Part shown: positions 31,648 through 39,022 of the stretch, piece by piece | Position numbering within the stretch: position 1 is the stretch's first letter | Layout: each line of letters begins with the position of its first letter | UHGV virus genome: UHGV-0017783 | Strand: one strand, 5' to 3' | Length of the DNA stretch: 45,985 nucleotides | DNA from: a virus | Notes under the pieces: model-generated | The model's database searches: none | Told to the model about the DNA's origin: nothing | What the model saw: the letters and a program-made list of their open reading frames with translations, nothing else | Made by a program: the position numbers and the translations under genes

Positions 31648-32363
31648 CCAGTCACAGTGCAAGCTGTACTGATAATAATTTCCGGGTCAGTAGATGAATC
31701 AGTTACCGTGACGGTATACACGCCAGCTGTTGGGCTTGCCAGTGTCGCACCAGATTCGCTGCCGACAACCACGCCATCTTTGCGCCACACGTAGGTGTAA
31801 GGAGCAACGCCGCCCTCAACAGCAACGGTTAACGGGCTGCCAGCCGTGCCAGTTGGTTGCAGGTCGGTGGTGAATTTCAGCGGCTCAAGGCTTTCTACGG
31901 TAACGCTGTCAGAATCGTAAACCTTGAACTCAAGGCTACCAGTAACGATGTCGTTCGTGCCACCTTCATAACTGATGCTGGTGATGTTGCAGTACGCGGT
32001 AACGATAGTTGCACCAGTCACCTGACGCACCCACAAGGAAGGCTGGCGACGAGCTTTCAGTTCAGTGGCGTAAATCTCAACAAGACGATGGAAACCAAAC
32101 TCATCGCTCGGGTCATTCTTGCGGATTTCAACCTCTGCACTGATGGCCATATCAGAGCTGGTAACGAGAGTGGAAACAAAGCCGCCAGCGGTATCAGCTT
32201 CTGACGTGGTAGTCTGCGGCGAGTAGTCAACACCTTTACTGGTGGTTGAGCCTAAATATTTCCAGTCTTCTGCATCCGGAACTGCGTCACCGCACCCTTC
32301 AGCAAGGAACAGTCTGGTCATGCGACCGACCAGAGCGCCTTTATCATTTGCACAAATAGCCAT
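31644..32363 (-). CDS. major tail protein with C-terminal Ig-like (Big_2) domain
   Basis: 239 aa; C-terminal ..TVAVEGGVAPYTYVWRKDGVVV..GVYTVTVTD.. Ig-like repeat; position upstream of chaperone/TMP. Confidence 0.7.
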   Translation of the reverse strand: MAICANDKGALVGRMTRLFLAEGCGDAVPDAEDWKYLGSTTSKGVDYSPQTTTSEADTAGGFVSTLVTSSDMAISAEVEIRKNDPSDEFGFHRLVEIYATELKARRQPSLWVRQVTGATIVTAYCNITSISYEGGTNDIVTGSLEFKVYDSDSVTVESLEPLKFTTDLQPTGTAGSPLTVAVEGGVAPYTYVWRKDGVVVGSESGATLASPTAGVYTVTVTDSSTDPEIIISTACTVTG

Positions 32364-32414
32364 TTCGATCTCCGAATTGTGTTAGCTGCTAACGTGGTGA
32401 TTATATCACAGGTG

Positions 32415-32443
32415 TTGACAGTGATTATTTTGTGGTGTAGATT
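32415..32443 (+). promoter_or_regulatory. promoter TTGACA-17-TAGATT with no downstream ORF
   Basis: TTGACA 32415-32420, TAGATT 32438-32443. Confidence 0.5.
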
Positions 32444-32916
32444 GTATTTCAGATAGTTTTCGTGAGCGACTTTGCGGACTTTTTAGAAACTGGCCACAAA
32501 GATAAATGCAAACGATGATGTTGTTCTGATGGCGGCGTAATAGTCTGTAAGTCAGCAAGGTCTTCCGATTCCTTGTAAACAAATTCGGCGCACTGGCCCG
32601 GTGTGATTAATAATGGGTACACAACAGGTAAGAGCATTGAGTCGATAATCGTGAAGAGTCGGCGCGCCTGGTTAGCCAGTGCTCTTTCCGTTGTGGTGAA
32701 TGCGCAGGCTGATGCGCAGTGGGACGTGGCTGACTCACGAGGATGGCTCAAGCGAATAAGCAAGCTCGACGCCGCCGAATAAGCGCCTTATGCCGGAGAT
32801 CAGCACCGGCAACCACAACACTTAATATCCAGCATTATCGCAATCATATGTAGGGGTATGTATGGGTTACGGGGCTGGATATTAAGAAAGCACGCTGGCA
32901 ATGCTTAAACCAGCAA

Positions 32917-32948
32917 TAAGGCCGCTTCATGCGGCTTTATTTATTTCA
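32917..32948. terminator. rho-independent terminator
   Basis: ggccgcttcatgcggc + tttatttatttc. Confidence 0.5.
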
Positions 32949-33315
32949 CAACCAGCAAAAGCAACTCATGCACAGGCCGCTTCTCTTCCGTTAACATCGG
33001 CCTACCGAGCGGCGCTTGCAACTGTATGTAGTTAACGCATGAATCAATCGGATGTGTCTTGATGTATTCGATAATCTCATTGGCCTTCGCATCAACATCA
33101 GCCACGTTATACTGCCCATGTTTGCCAACAACATACAGAGAGAAATAGAAATCACCGCCGAGGCCATCCATCACCTGCGTTCCCCCATTGGATTGCAGGA
33201 CAATAAATTGCTCATTGCCGTCTCCGGTATCATTCCAGAACTGCAACTGCGAAGTCCAGCCGTCATACAATCCGGCATCCTGAAGATATGCATCAACCAG
33301 TTCAAGCATATTCAC
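32941..33315 (-). CDS. tail completion/terminator-like protein (lambda U position)
   Basis: 124 aa directly upstream of major tail protein region. Confidence 0.4.
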   Translation of the reverse strand: MNMLELVDAYLQDAGLYDGWTSQLQFWNDTGDGNEQFIVLQSNGGTQVMDGLGGDFYFSLYVVGKHGQYNVADVDAKANEIIEYIKTHPIDSCVNYIQLQAPLGRPMLTEEKRPVHELLLLVVK

Positions 33316-33710
33316 AGTTTCATCTCCTTCTTAATCACGCCATCAACAAGGTCTTTTGTGCGTTTCGCCGCTTTGGTCAGAAATTGTGGTTCGCCACCCG
33401 GCGACCAGTATGTGCCATTACCATTGCTGCGCGGCTTCCCTGCAAGTTTGCCGCTGGCATTGTGGACGTACAGCGCATATTTTGCAGAGTAGCCAACCCT
33501 GCCAGTGATTCTCGTTCCGCTGACTTCCACAGTATCAAACTGACTGTTAATCAGCGTCGATGTATCAATCGGCGTTAACGTGGCTGATTCAGTGCGGATG
33601 ATGTATGTCGCTGACTTGATTGCACGCACAGCTTTTGTGGCGATTATCTCATCCACAATTTGCGAAGTTCTCTCTACGGCCTGCCGGATGCCTCTTAATT
33701 TCGCTGGCAT
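33312..33710 (-). CDS. HK97 gp10-like neck/tail-component protein
   Basis: 132 aa; resemblance to HK97 gp10 family; position in head-tail joining block. Confidence 0.45.
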   Translation of the reverse strand: MPAKLRGIRQAVERTSQIVDEIIATKAVRAIKSATYIIRTESATLTPIDTSTLINSQFDTVEVSGTRITGRVGYSAKYALYVHNASGKLAGKPRSNGNGTYWSPGGEPQFLTKAAKRTKDLVDGVIKKEMKL

Positions 33711-34057
33711 TACGTCACCAGTGCAAAGTCTGGAGGCTCTGCCCTATTGAAAGTCGAACCATAATTAATCACATTCAGAATCTGGTTTGCGCCAGCCGTC
33801 AGCGGGTCATCTTCTGTTAACGTGCCGATCATGATGTAATCACCAACGTTAGCGCCAGTGTATTCTGTCCAGAAAGTGTTCTTCTGTACAATCTCATTAC
33901 CTTTCGCATCAGTCGATACATCATCGTTAAAGCCATAATCGCACATGATGCTCACTGGCGCGTCGAAAGTCGGCTTGCCGTACTTATCGGTGCCGCTTTT
34001 GTGCCAGATGGTGCATGGTTGCGTATAGGAAAACCGAGCCAGCGAAGTCATTTGCAC
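33710..34057 (-). CDS. head-tail joining protein (unknown family)
   Basis: 115 aa, translationally coupled in head-tail block. Confidence 0.4.
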   Translation of the reverse strand: MQMTSLARFSYTQPCTIWHKSGTDKYGKPTFDAPVSIMCDYGFNDDVSTDAKGNEIVQKNTFWTEYTGANVGDYIMIGTLTEDDPLTAGANQILNVINYGSTFNRAEPPDFALVT

Positions 34058-34440
34058 TTACTCCCACGCACAACAGCAAACCACGGCTTTCCGCTTCCGT
34101 CAGGGTCTTCCACCAAATCGCCAGTGCATCCGGCTGTATCCAGTAGCTTCATCTGATTGTACAGCGCCACCCACGGCTTACTGCCATATGCGAATGATTG
34201 TGATGCGCCAGATGGTGCGCTTTGACTGGTAACATAGCGACCAGCGGTATTTGCGCTAATCAGGATGGAAGCCCACAGCATGATCGCATTTTGTCGGCAT
34301 TCATCATTGGGATAGTTCAGTTCAAGGCAATCGCTGATCGACGCTACAAGGCACAGAATGCCAGACGCATCAGTTGTGGTGATGGGCATCCCGCGATTCG
34401 CCATCTGACTGACCAGTTCTTCAGGTGTTGGTGCTGTCAT
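34048..34440 (-). CDS. putative head-tail connector protein (gp6-like)
   Basis: ~130 aa starting MTAPTPEEL; translationally coupled. Confidence 0.4.
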   Translation of the reverse strand: MTAPTPEELVSQMANRGMPITTTDASGILCLVASISDCLELNYPNDECRQNAIMLWASILISANTAGRYVTSQSAPSGASQSFAYGSKPWVALYNQMKLLDTAGCTGDLVEDPDGSGKPWFAVVRGSKCK

Positions 34441-34705
34441 TTTTCTTTGACTCCCGGACTTTCCACCACATTTCAAACAGATTTTTTATTACCAGAGACA
34501 GAGCGCCGAGGATTGACGCTACTGCCGCCCACTCTGTCAGGCTGTGTGGAATCATAGCCTCAAAATAAGATTGCGTGACAGGTGTTTGCTCTGCAACTTT
34601 CAGGCCGATGCCGGTTCCAATAGAAGCATATCCAGCCTTATCAATCACCTGTCCTGTCGTTCCGCTTATAATCTGCTCTGCGACTTGCCTTAGTGCTCCG
34701 TTCAT
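34421..34705 (-). CDS. small membrane-associated protein (94 aa)
   Basis: hydrophobic helix AAVASILGALSLVI; inside structural operon. Confidence 0.35.
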   Translation of the reverse strand: MNGALRQVAEQIISGTTGQVIDKAGYASIGTGIGLKVAEQTPVTQSYFEAMIPHSLTEWAAVASILGALSLVIKNLFEMWWKVRESKKNDSTNT

Positions 34706-34737
34706 TGCGTGTCTCGCTGATGATATGTTTCCAGCAC

Positions 34738-35178
34738 TTATAGATTTGAATCAGCGAAAAAACAATGGCGACCACGCCAAGAATAATGTCCAATTTCGCC
34801 GCCCCATTTAAAAGTGATGGAAAGAATGAACAGATGGATACCGATAATAATAAATTCGTACTGCGCATGAAGCGGCGTTTCTACAGGCGTGATAAATTCC
34901 CATACGAATGACTCTATCGCAACCAGCCATTCGTAAAGGCTCATTGTCAGCACGCAGAGCGCCATCTTTGTACTTTTACGCAGCGCAATAGCCGGAAACA
35001 ACCAGACCATAGACTGCGCAAGGTAATACAGATATTCGGCGGGAAATGAATCAACAAGCACCCATCCAAGATACACAGACATCACCATTGCCGGAATGAA
35101 CACCAGAAACGCAATCATGCCTGTGCAGGCAAAACCCAGCACATACATGATCATGATGGCAACGTCTGCACCGAACAT
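34738..35178 (-). CDS. polytopic membrane protein (~4 TM, 146 aa)
   Basis: multiple hydrophobic segments; inside structural operon. Confidence 0.45.
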   Translation of the reverse strand: MFGADVAIMIMYVLGFACTGMIAFLVFIPAMVMSVYLGWVLVDSFPAEYLYYLAQSMVWLFPAIALRKSTKMALCVLTMSLYEWLVAIESFVWEFITPVETPLHAQYEFIIIGIHLFILSITFKWGGEIGHYSWRGRHCFFADSNL

Positions 35179-35180
35179 TA

Positions 35181-35300
35181 TTTTTTACCGCGCGATGGTG
35201 AGCGGGTAGAGCCGTTTGGCTTCACTGCACCAGTTTTGCCGCCGGTTTTGGTATTGCCAGTAGCGCGTGAACGAGAAGGTGAATTGGTGGAACCCATGCT
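35181..35300 (-). CDS. Lys/Arg/Ser/Thr-rich peptide (39 aa)
   Basis: ATG with AGGAGA SD; MGSTNSPSRSRATGNTKTGGKTGAVKPNGSTRSPSRGKK. Confidence 0.3.
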
Positions 35301-35344
35301 TAAATCTCCTGTTGTTTGATTAGCATGATTTTAGCATATTCCTG

Positions 35345-35373
35345 TTGACGTAGATTGATGAGGTGTTTATAGT
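35345..35373 (+). promoter_or_regulatory. promoter TTGACG-17-TATAGT
   Basis: TTGACGTAGATTG 35345-35357; TATAGT 35368-35373; second gtgacgtagaa copy at 35376. Confidence 0.55.
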
Positions 35374-35414
35374 TAGTGACGTAGAAACAACAATAAATGT
35401 TAGAGGTGATGAAA

Positions 35415-35675
35415 ATGTTTGATATTGATAACCCAAGCGATGACAAAGCCAAGTTGATTGATGCGGTCGCTTGCAGCTTTGCTTCTTGCCAGACTGAAGG
35501 TGAATATCAGGCTGTGAAAATGTGCATTGTTGAGTTTTTCTCAGCAATCAACATTCCTGATGATGAGGCGGTTGATATTCTGCTGAGTGCGGCTGGAAAT
35601 TGCGCTGAGGCGGACGAATGTATTGATGAGCTGGTTGAAGAGTTTGGCGGCATTTTTCAGGGTGATGAGGAGTAA
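35415..35675 (+). CDS. highly acidic small protein (86 aa), candidate DNA mimic
   Basis: Asp/Glu-rich throughout (..DELVEEFGGIFQGDEE); GAGGTG SD 6 nt upstream of ATG; first gene of cassette. Confidence 0.45.
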   Translation: MFDIDNPSDDKAKLIDAVACSFASCQTEGEYQAVKMCIVEFFSAINIPDDEAVDILLSAAGNCAEADECIDELVEEFGGIFQGDEE

Positions 35676-35677
35676 TC

Positions 35678-35869
35678 ATGGCAAATATGTCCTACTGTAT
35701 GTTCCGAAATACTATGGCTGATTTCCGAAATTGTGTTGATGCACTTAGCAATGCTGGTTCTATTGATGACTTTAGCGTGCCAGAGCGCTGTGCCGCAGAG
35801 CAAATGTATTATCTGGCTAATGCATATATTGCAAACTATGAACTCTTATTAGAAGAAAGTGGTGAATGA
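35678..35869 (+). CDS. hypothetical protein (63 aa)
   Basis: 3-nt intergenic spacing. Confidence 0.35.
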   Translation: MANMSYCMFRNTMADFRNCVDALSNAGSIDDFSVPERCAAEQMYYLANAYIANYELLLEESGE

Positions 35870-35870
35870 T

Positions 35871-36179
35871 ATGAAAGATGAATTCAAAGGCACGAAAGGT
35901 CAGTGGACCAATCATTCTTTATTTACTGGTGAAGCGCGTACATCAATTTGGTCTGGTGATATTTATGTAGCAGAAGTAATGAGTGTTAGGGAGTCTGAAT
36001 CGGTGAAGAAGGCTAACTCAAATATTATAACATCAGCACCAGAACTTCTTGAAGCACTTCGCCAGCTTCGCGATTATGTTGAGGATGTTTGCGCAGTATC
36101 GTCGGATGATTGCCATGAGGAACATCCATTAAATCTGGCGAACAAAGCAATCAAGAAAGCATTAGGAAAGAAACAATGA
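35871..36179 (+). CDS. hypothetical protein, paralog of 2390..2686
   Basis: shared EFKGTxGxW / SAPELLEALRQL / NKAIKKALGKK motifs. Confidence 0.5.
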   Translation: MKDEFKGTKGQWTNHSLFTGEARTSIWSGDIYVAEVMSVRESESVKKANSNIITSAPELLEALRQLRDYVEDVCAVSSDDCHEEHPLNLANKAIKKALGKKQ

Positions 36180-36985
36180 AAACACTAAGCAAAATCTATT
36201 CAGACAAAGAAACGCGCAACGGCATCGCTGTAAACAAAACCTATCTCGTGCCAGTGGAGCAAATCTATCTGGAGCCTGGATACAACATCCGCGAAGCAGA
36301 TGAGCAGCATGTGGAATATTTCGCGCAGTGCTGGGAGTCAGGTCAGCCATTACCAGCATTAACAGTTATTCCAGATGAGAAGGGAATCCGCATTCTTGAT
36401 GGTCAGCATCGCTATCTCGGCGCATTGCGTGCCATTGAGCGCGGCGCGCCAATAGTTCGCATTGAGTGTAAGGATTTTACTGGCGACGAGGCGGATAAAA
36501 TCGCCTTCATGGTGTCATCCAGTCAGGGTAAGCAGCTTGACCCGTTTGAACGTGCAAAGGCTTACACTCGACTGAAAGGTTTTGGCTGGACGAATGAAGA
36601 AATCGCCAAAAAGGTAGGCCGCTCAGTATCTGACGTGCAAATGCATCTGTCACTGGGTGATGTGCCTGCTGAAGTAAAAGCGCGAATCAGCGCCGGGCAA
36701 ATCAGCTATGCAAACGCCGTAGCAGTAACGCGTGAGCATGGAGATGATGCGGTAAAAGTTATCGACGAGGCAGTGGAAGAAGCGAAGGCGCAAGGCAAGG
36801 ATAAGGTCACAGCGAAGGTGCTGAAATCCAAAAGGATTAAGCCAGTGGACCGCCTGATTGAGTTGTTGCAGCAAGCAGACCACGTGATTCTCCCTGCTGG
36901 TCATGTGGTGGCTGAGGATGAGGAATTTATCCAGATTCCTGTTGCTGATATTCACGAGGTTATGGCAATTCTGGAGAAGATGTGA
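36176..36985 (+). CDS. ParB N-terminal domain (ParB/Srx-fold nuclease/CTPase-like) protein
   Basis: ILDGQHRYLGALRA motif (ParB box-like DGQHR), 269 aa, C-terminal helical region. Confidence 0.6.
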   Translation: MKTLSKIYSDKETRNGIAVNKTYLVPVEQIYLEPGYNIREADEQHVEYFAQCWESGQPLPALTVIPDEKGIRILDGQHRYLGALRAIERGAPIVRIECKDFTGDEADKIAFMVSSSQGKQLDPFERAKAYTRLKGFGWTNEEIAKKVGRSVSDVQMHLSLGDVPAEVKARISAGQISYANAVAVTREHGDDAVKVIDEAVEEAKAQGKDKVTAKVLKSKRIKPVDRLIELLQQADHVILPAGHVVAEDEEFIQIPVADIHEVMAILEKM

Positions 36986-37176
36986 TGAGTAAGTATGAAG
37001 AGCTGGACTTGAAGATATTGCACATGCTTTCAGTTAAACCAACTCCTGTTTTTGATATATGGTTTAAGTTTCGTGACGATGTTAGAGACATTACGGTTAT
37101 TGACAGGAGGATGCAGGCACTGAAAAAGAAAGGTTTTGTTTATAATGTTCGCGGATGTGGTTGGGTTAAGTTATGA
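36982..37176 (+). CDS. hypothetical small protein (64 aa), possibly winged-helix
   Basis: translationally coupled ORF. Confidence 0.35.
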   Translation: MMSKYEELDLKILHMLSVKPTPVFDIWFKFRDDVRDITVIDRRMQALKKKGFVYNVRGCGWVKL

Positions 37177-37346
37177 CACCAGAACAATTCATCGAAAAAC
37201 AACTTCGCACCAAGCTACCAGACATTGACCAGATGGCAATTGATGCGGCAATTCAGCATTACAAGCGCAATCAGAGCGTAAAGAAGGGTGGCATTTTTGA
37301 GGAATGCCTGAAGGTTGCAAAACAACACATGATTAAGGTGAAGTGA
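37173..37346 (+). CDS. hypothetical protein (57 aa)
   Basis: ATGA overlap with upstream stop. Confidence 0.3.
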   Translation: MTPEQFIEKQLRTKLPDIDQMAIDAAIQHYKRNQSVKKGGIFEECLKVAKQHMIKVK

Positions 37347-37882
37347 TGAAACTAAAAATCAGCAAACTATTACTTGAGTCAGCATTAATATTTCAGGCGC
37401 GCAACGATGTGAGATATTACCTGAATGGTATCTGCTTTATGCCTGATGGTCGCATCGCCTCAACTGATGGTCATCGCGCATTTATTGGCGGCAGCCATGA
37501 CAATAAGCTGACAGAAAATGTGATTATCAAGATTGGAAAATCCCCAACAAAACGCTATGAGTACGCCATCATTGATACCAAGTCGAAAATTGCAACGTAT
37601 CATGATGAAGCCGGCGAGATGGTTGGTTCTGGTATCTGCGAAGAGATTGATGGAAGATTCCCTGATATTGAACGTGTTATACCGAAGCAAACCTTGCCAA
37701 CAGAGGAAATTGGCTTCAATGCTGGCTATCTGGTTGATATTGAGAAAGCGGCAAAGCTGTTTAATCCTAAATTCTGTGGTGTCAAATTTGAACTAAATGG
37801 AAACACAAACGCCGCAGTTTGCTGCCTTAGTGCGCCATCTGGCGAGACCGCAAAGGTTGTTGTTATGCCTATGCGTCTGTAG
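37346..37882 (+). CDS. truncated DNA polymerase III beta sliding-clamp (DnaN) homologue: domain II + C-terminal half of domain III
   Basis: [30 protein letters not shown] ~ DnaN [45 protein letters not shown] ~ [26 protein letters not shown] ~ EIGFNVSYVLDV; C-terminus [10 protein letters not shown] ~ AAYVVMPMRL. Confidence 0.75.
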   Translation: [178 protein letters not shown]

Positions 37883-37883
37883 T

Positions 37884-37919
37884 AATAAAAAACCCGCATT
37901 ATGCGGGTTTAGTTTATTC
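37884..37919. terminator. bidirectional rho-independent terminator
   Basis: aaaaaacccgcattatgcgggttt + agtttatt. Confidence 0.65.
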
Positions 37920-38111
37920 TGCTTTCTTTTTCTTTGTCGTCTTTTGTTGTGGTGTTGCTACTTCGAAAGACTTTTCCAGTTCTGGCATGATTCTCAGTTT
38001 TGACATCCAGTGGTCTGGCGGTGTTTCAATCACCTCGCCAAGCTGTAATTCACGAATCACGCCTTTCTCTTTAACAAAGATTCCGCGTGCGATGACTTCG
38101 TATTTAGCCAT
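37914..38111 (-). CDS. small structural-operon protein (65 aa)
   Basis: GAGGA SD; Lys-rich C-terminus; located after capsid gene. Confidence 0.4.
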   Translation of the reverse strand: MAKYEVIARGIFVKEKGVIRELQLGEVIETPPDHWMSKLRIMPELEKSFEVATPQQKTTKKKKAE

Positions 38112-38189
38112 TTAAAAATCCTCATGAGTTAATGCAGGTCAATTGTAGCACACTCATTACACCTGTAGTAATATAGAACCAAATTAGGA

Positions 38190-39005
38190 GTGACTTTTAT
38201 GAAAACAAGAAAAGAAGCCGCGCAAGAAGCAAGGGTTGCTGGATTGAAGCAATTTGTATGTGAATGGGTTCCATGCTCTGTATGTGGTGGAACTGTGTTT
38301 TTCACGGCGTCATGCGGGTGCAAGCATTGTGTATACGAAAGAACAAGGAAACAGAGAGCAACAGAGGAGCGCAAACGCAAGGAAAGTGAGTACAGAAAAA
38401 AGGAGTGGCAGAAAAACAAGGATAACAGCGAGTATAAAAAGAAAAGAAAACAATCACAAAAGGAGTACAACAAAAGGAAGATGCAAAGGCTTAACGAGAA
38501 TCCAGAGAAAAAGGAGGAGTTTTTACAAAAGAAAAGGGAGGCTTATCGCAGATGGTATCACTCTGAGAAAGGCAACAAAAAGGCTCTGGATAATGTCAAG
38601 CAATGGCAAAAGAAACACCCTCACCACGTGCTCCTAAGGAAGATGCTTGAGCGGATTGATGTGAGGGTATCTGACATTGCGCTTGATAGAACAGTAGACG
38701 ATGCTCTCGGGTACTCAAAGGATGATTTCATTAAGCATATAAAATCAACTATGCTTCCATGGATGAGTTTTGATGACCGTAGTAATTGGCATATTGACCA
38801 TATTTTATCTGTCAACTGGTTTGTTAAGAATAACCTCGTATACCCAGAACTGGTTAATGCTCTTCACAATTTAAAAGCGGAGCCGGCGGAGTACAACTAC
38901 AAGAAGAACAGGAAGTGGCTACGGACAGATATGACGGAATGGGAGTTTTGTTACATGTTACAGTACATGGTTTACGGTGAAATTAGATACAAAGAAGGGG
39001 GATAA
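38190..39005 (+). CDS. Zn-ribbon + Lys-rich + HNH-like (..NWHIDHILSV..) protein, putative homing endonuclease
   Basis: N-terminal CxxC..CxC, central poly-Lys/Glu low-complexity, C-terminal H-N-H-like motif; plus-strand insert before capsid gene with own promoter-like TTGTAG..TAATAT. Confidence 0.4.
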   Translation: MTFMKTRKEAAQEARVAGLKQFVCEWVPCSVCGGTVFFTASCGCKHCVYERTRKQRATEERKRKESEYRKKEWQKNKDNSEYKKKRKQSQKEYNKRKMQRLNENPEKKEEFLQKKREAYRRWYHSEKGNKKALDNVKQWQKKHPHHVLLRKMLERIDVRVSDIALDRTVDDALGYSKDDFIKHIKSTMLPWMSFDDRSNWHIDHILSVNWFVKNNLVYPELVNALHNLKAEPAEYNYKKNRKWLRTDMTEWEFCYMLQYMVYGEIRYKEGG

Positions 39006-39022
39006 ACCCCCTTTTTATTATT
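38992..39022. terminator. hairpin terminator overlapping stops of convergent HNH-like and capsid genes
   Basis: aggggg-ataaa-ccccct + ttttatta. Confidence 0.5.

Noticed and set aside
32449-32763. 104-aa minus-strand ORF between major tail and tail-completion genes
   Set aside because: No RBS, odd composition (few charged residues); region better explained as noncoding or degraded insert (see finding).
38129-38473. 114-aa minus-strand ORF rich in Phe/Leu/Ser
   Set aside because: Antisense to the Lys-rich region of the HNH-like gene (AAA/GAA repeats read as TTT/TTC); composition artefact.
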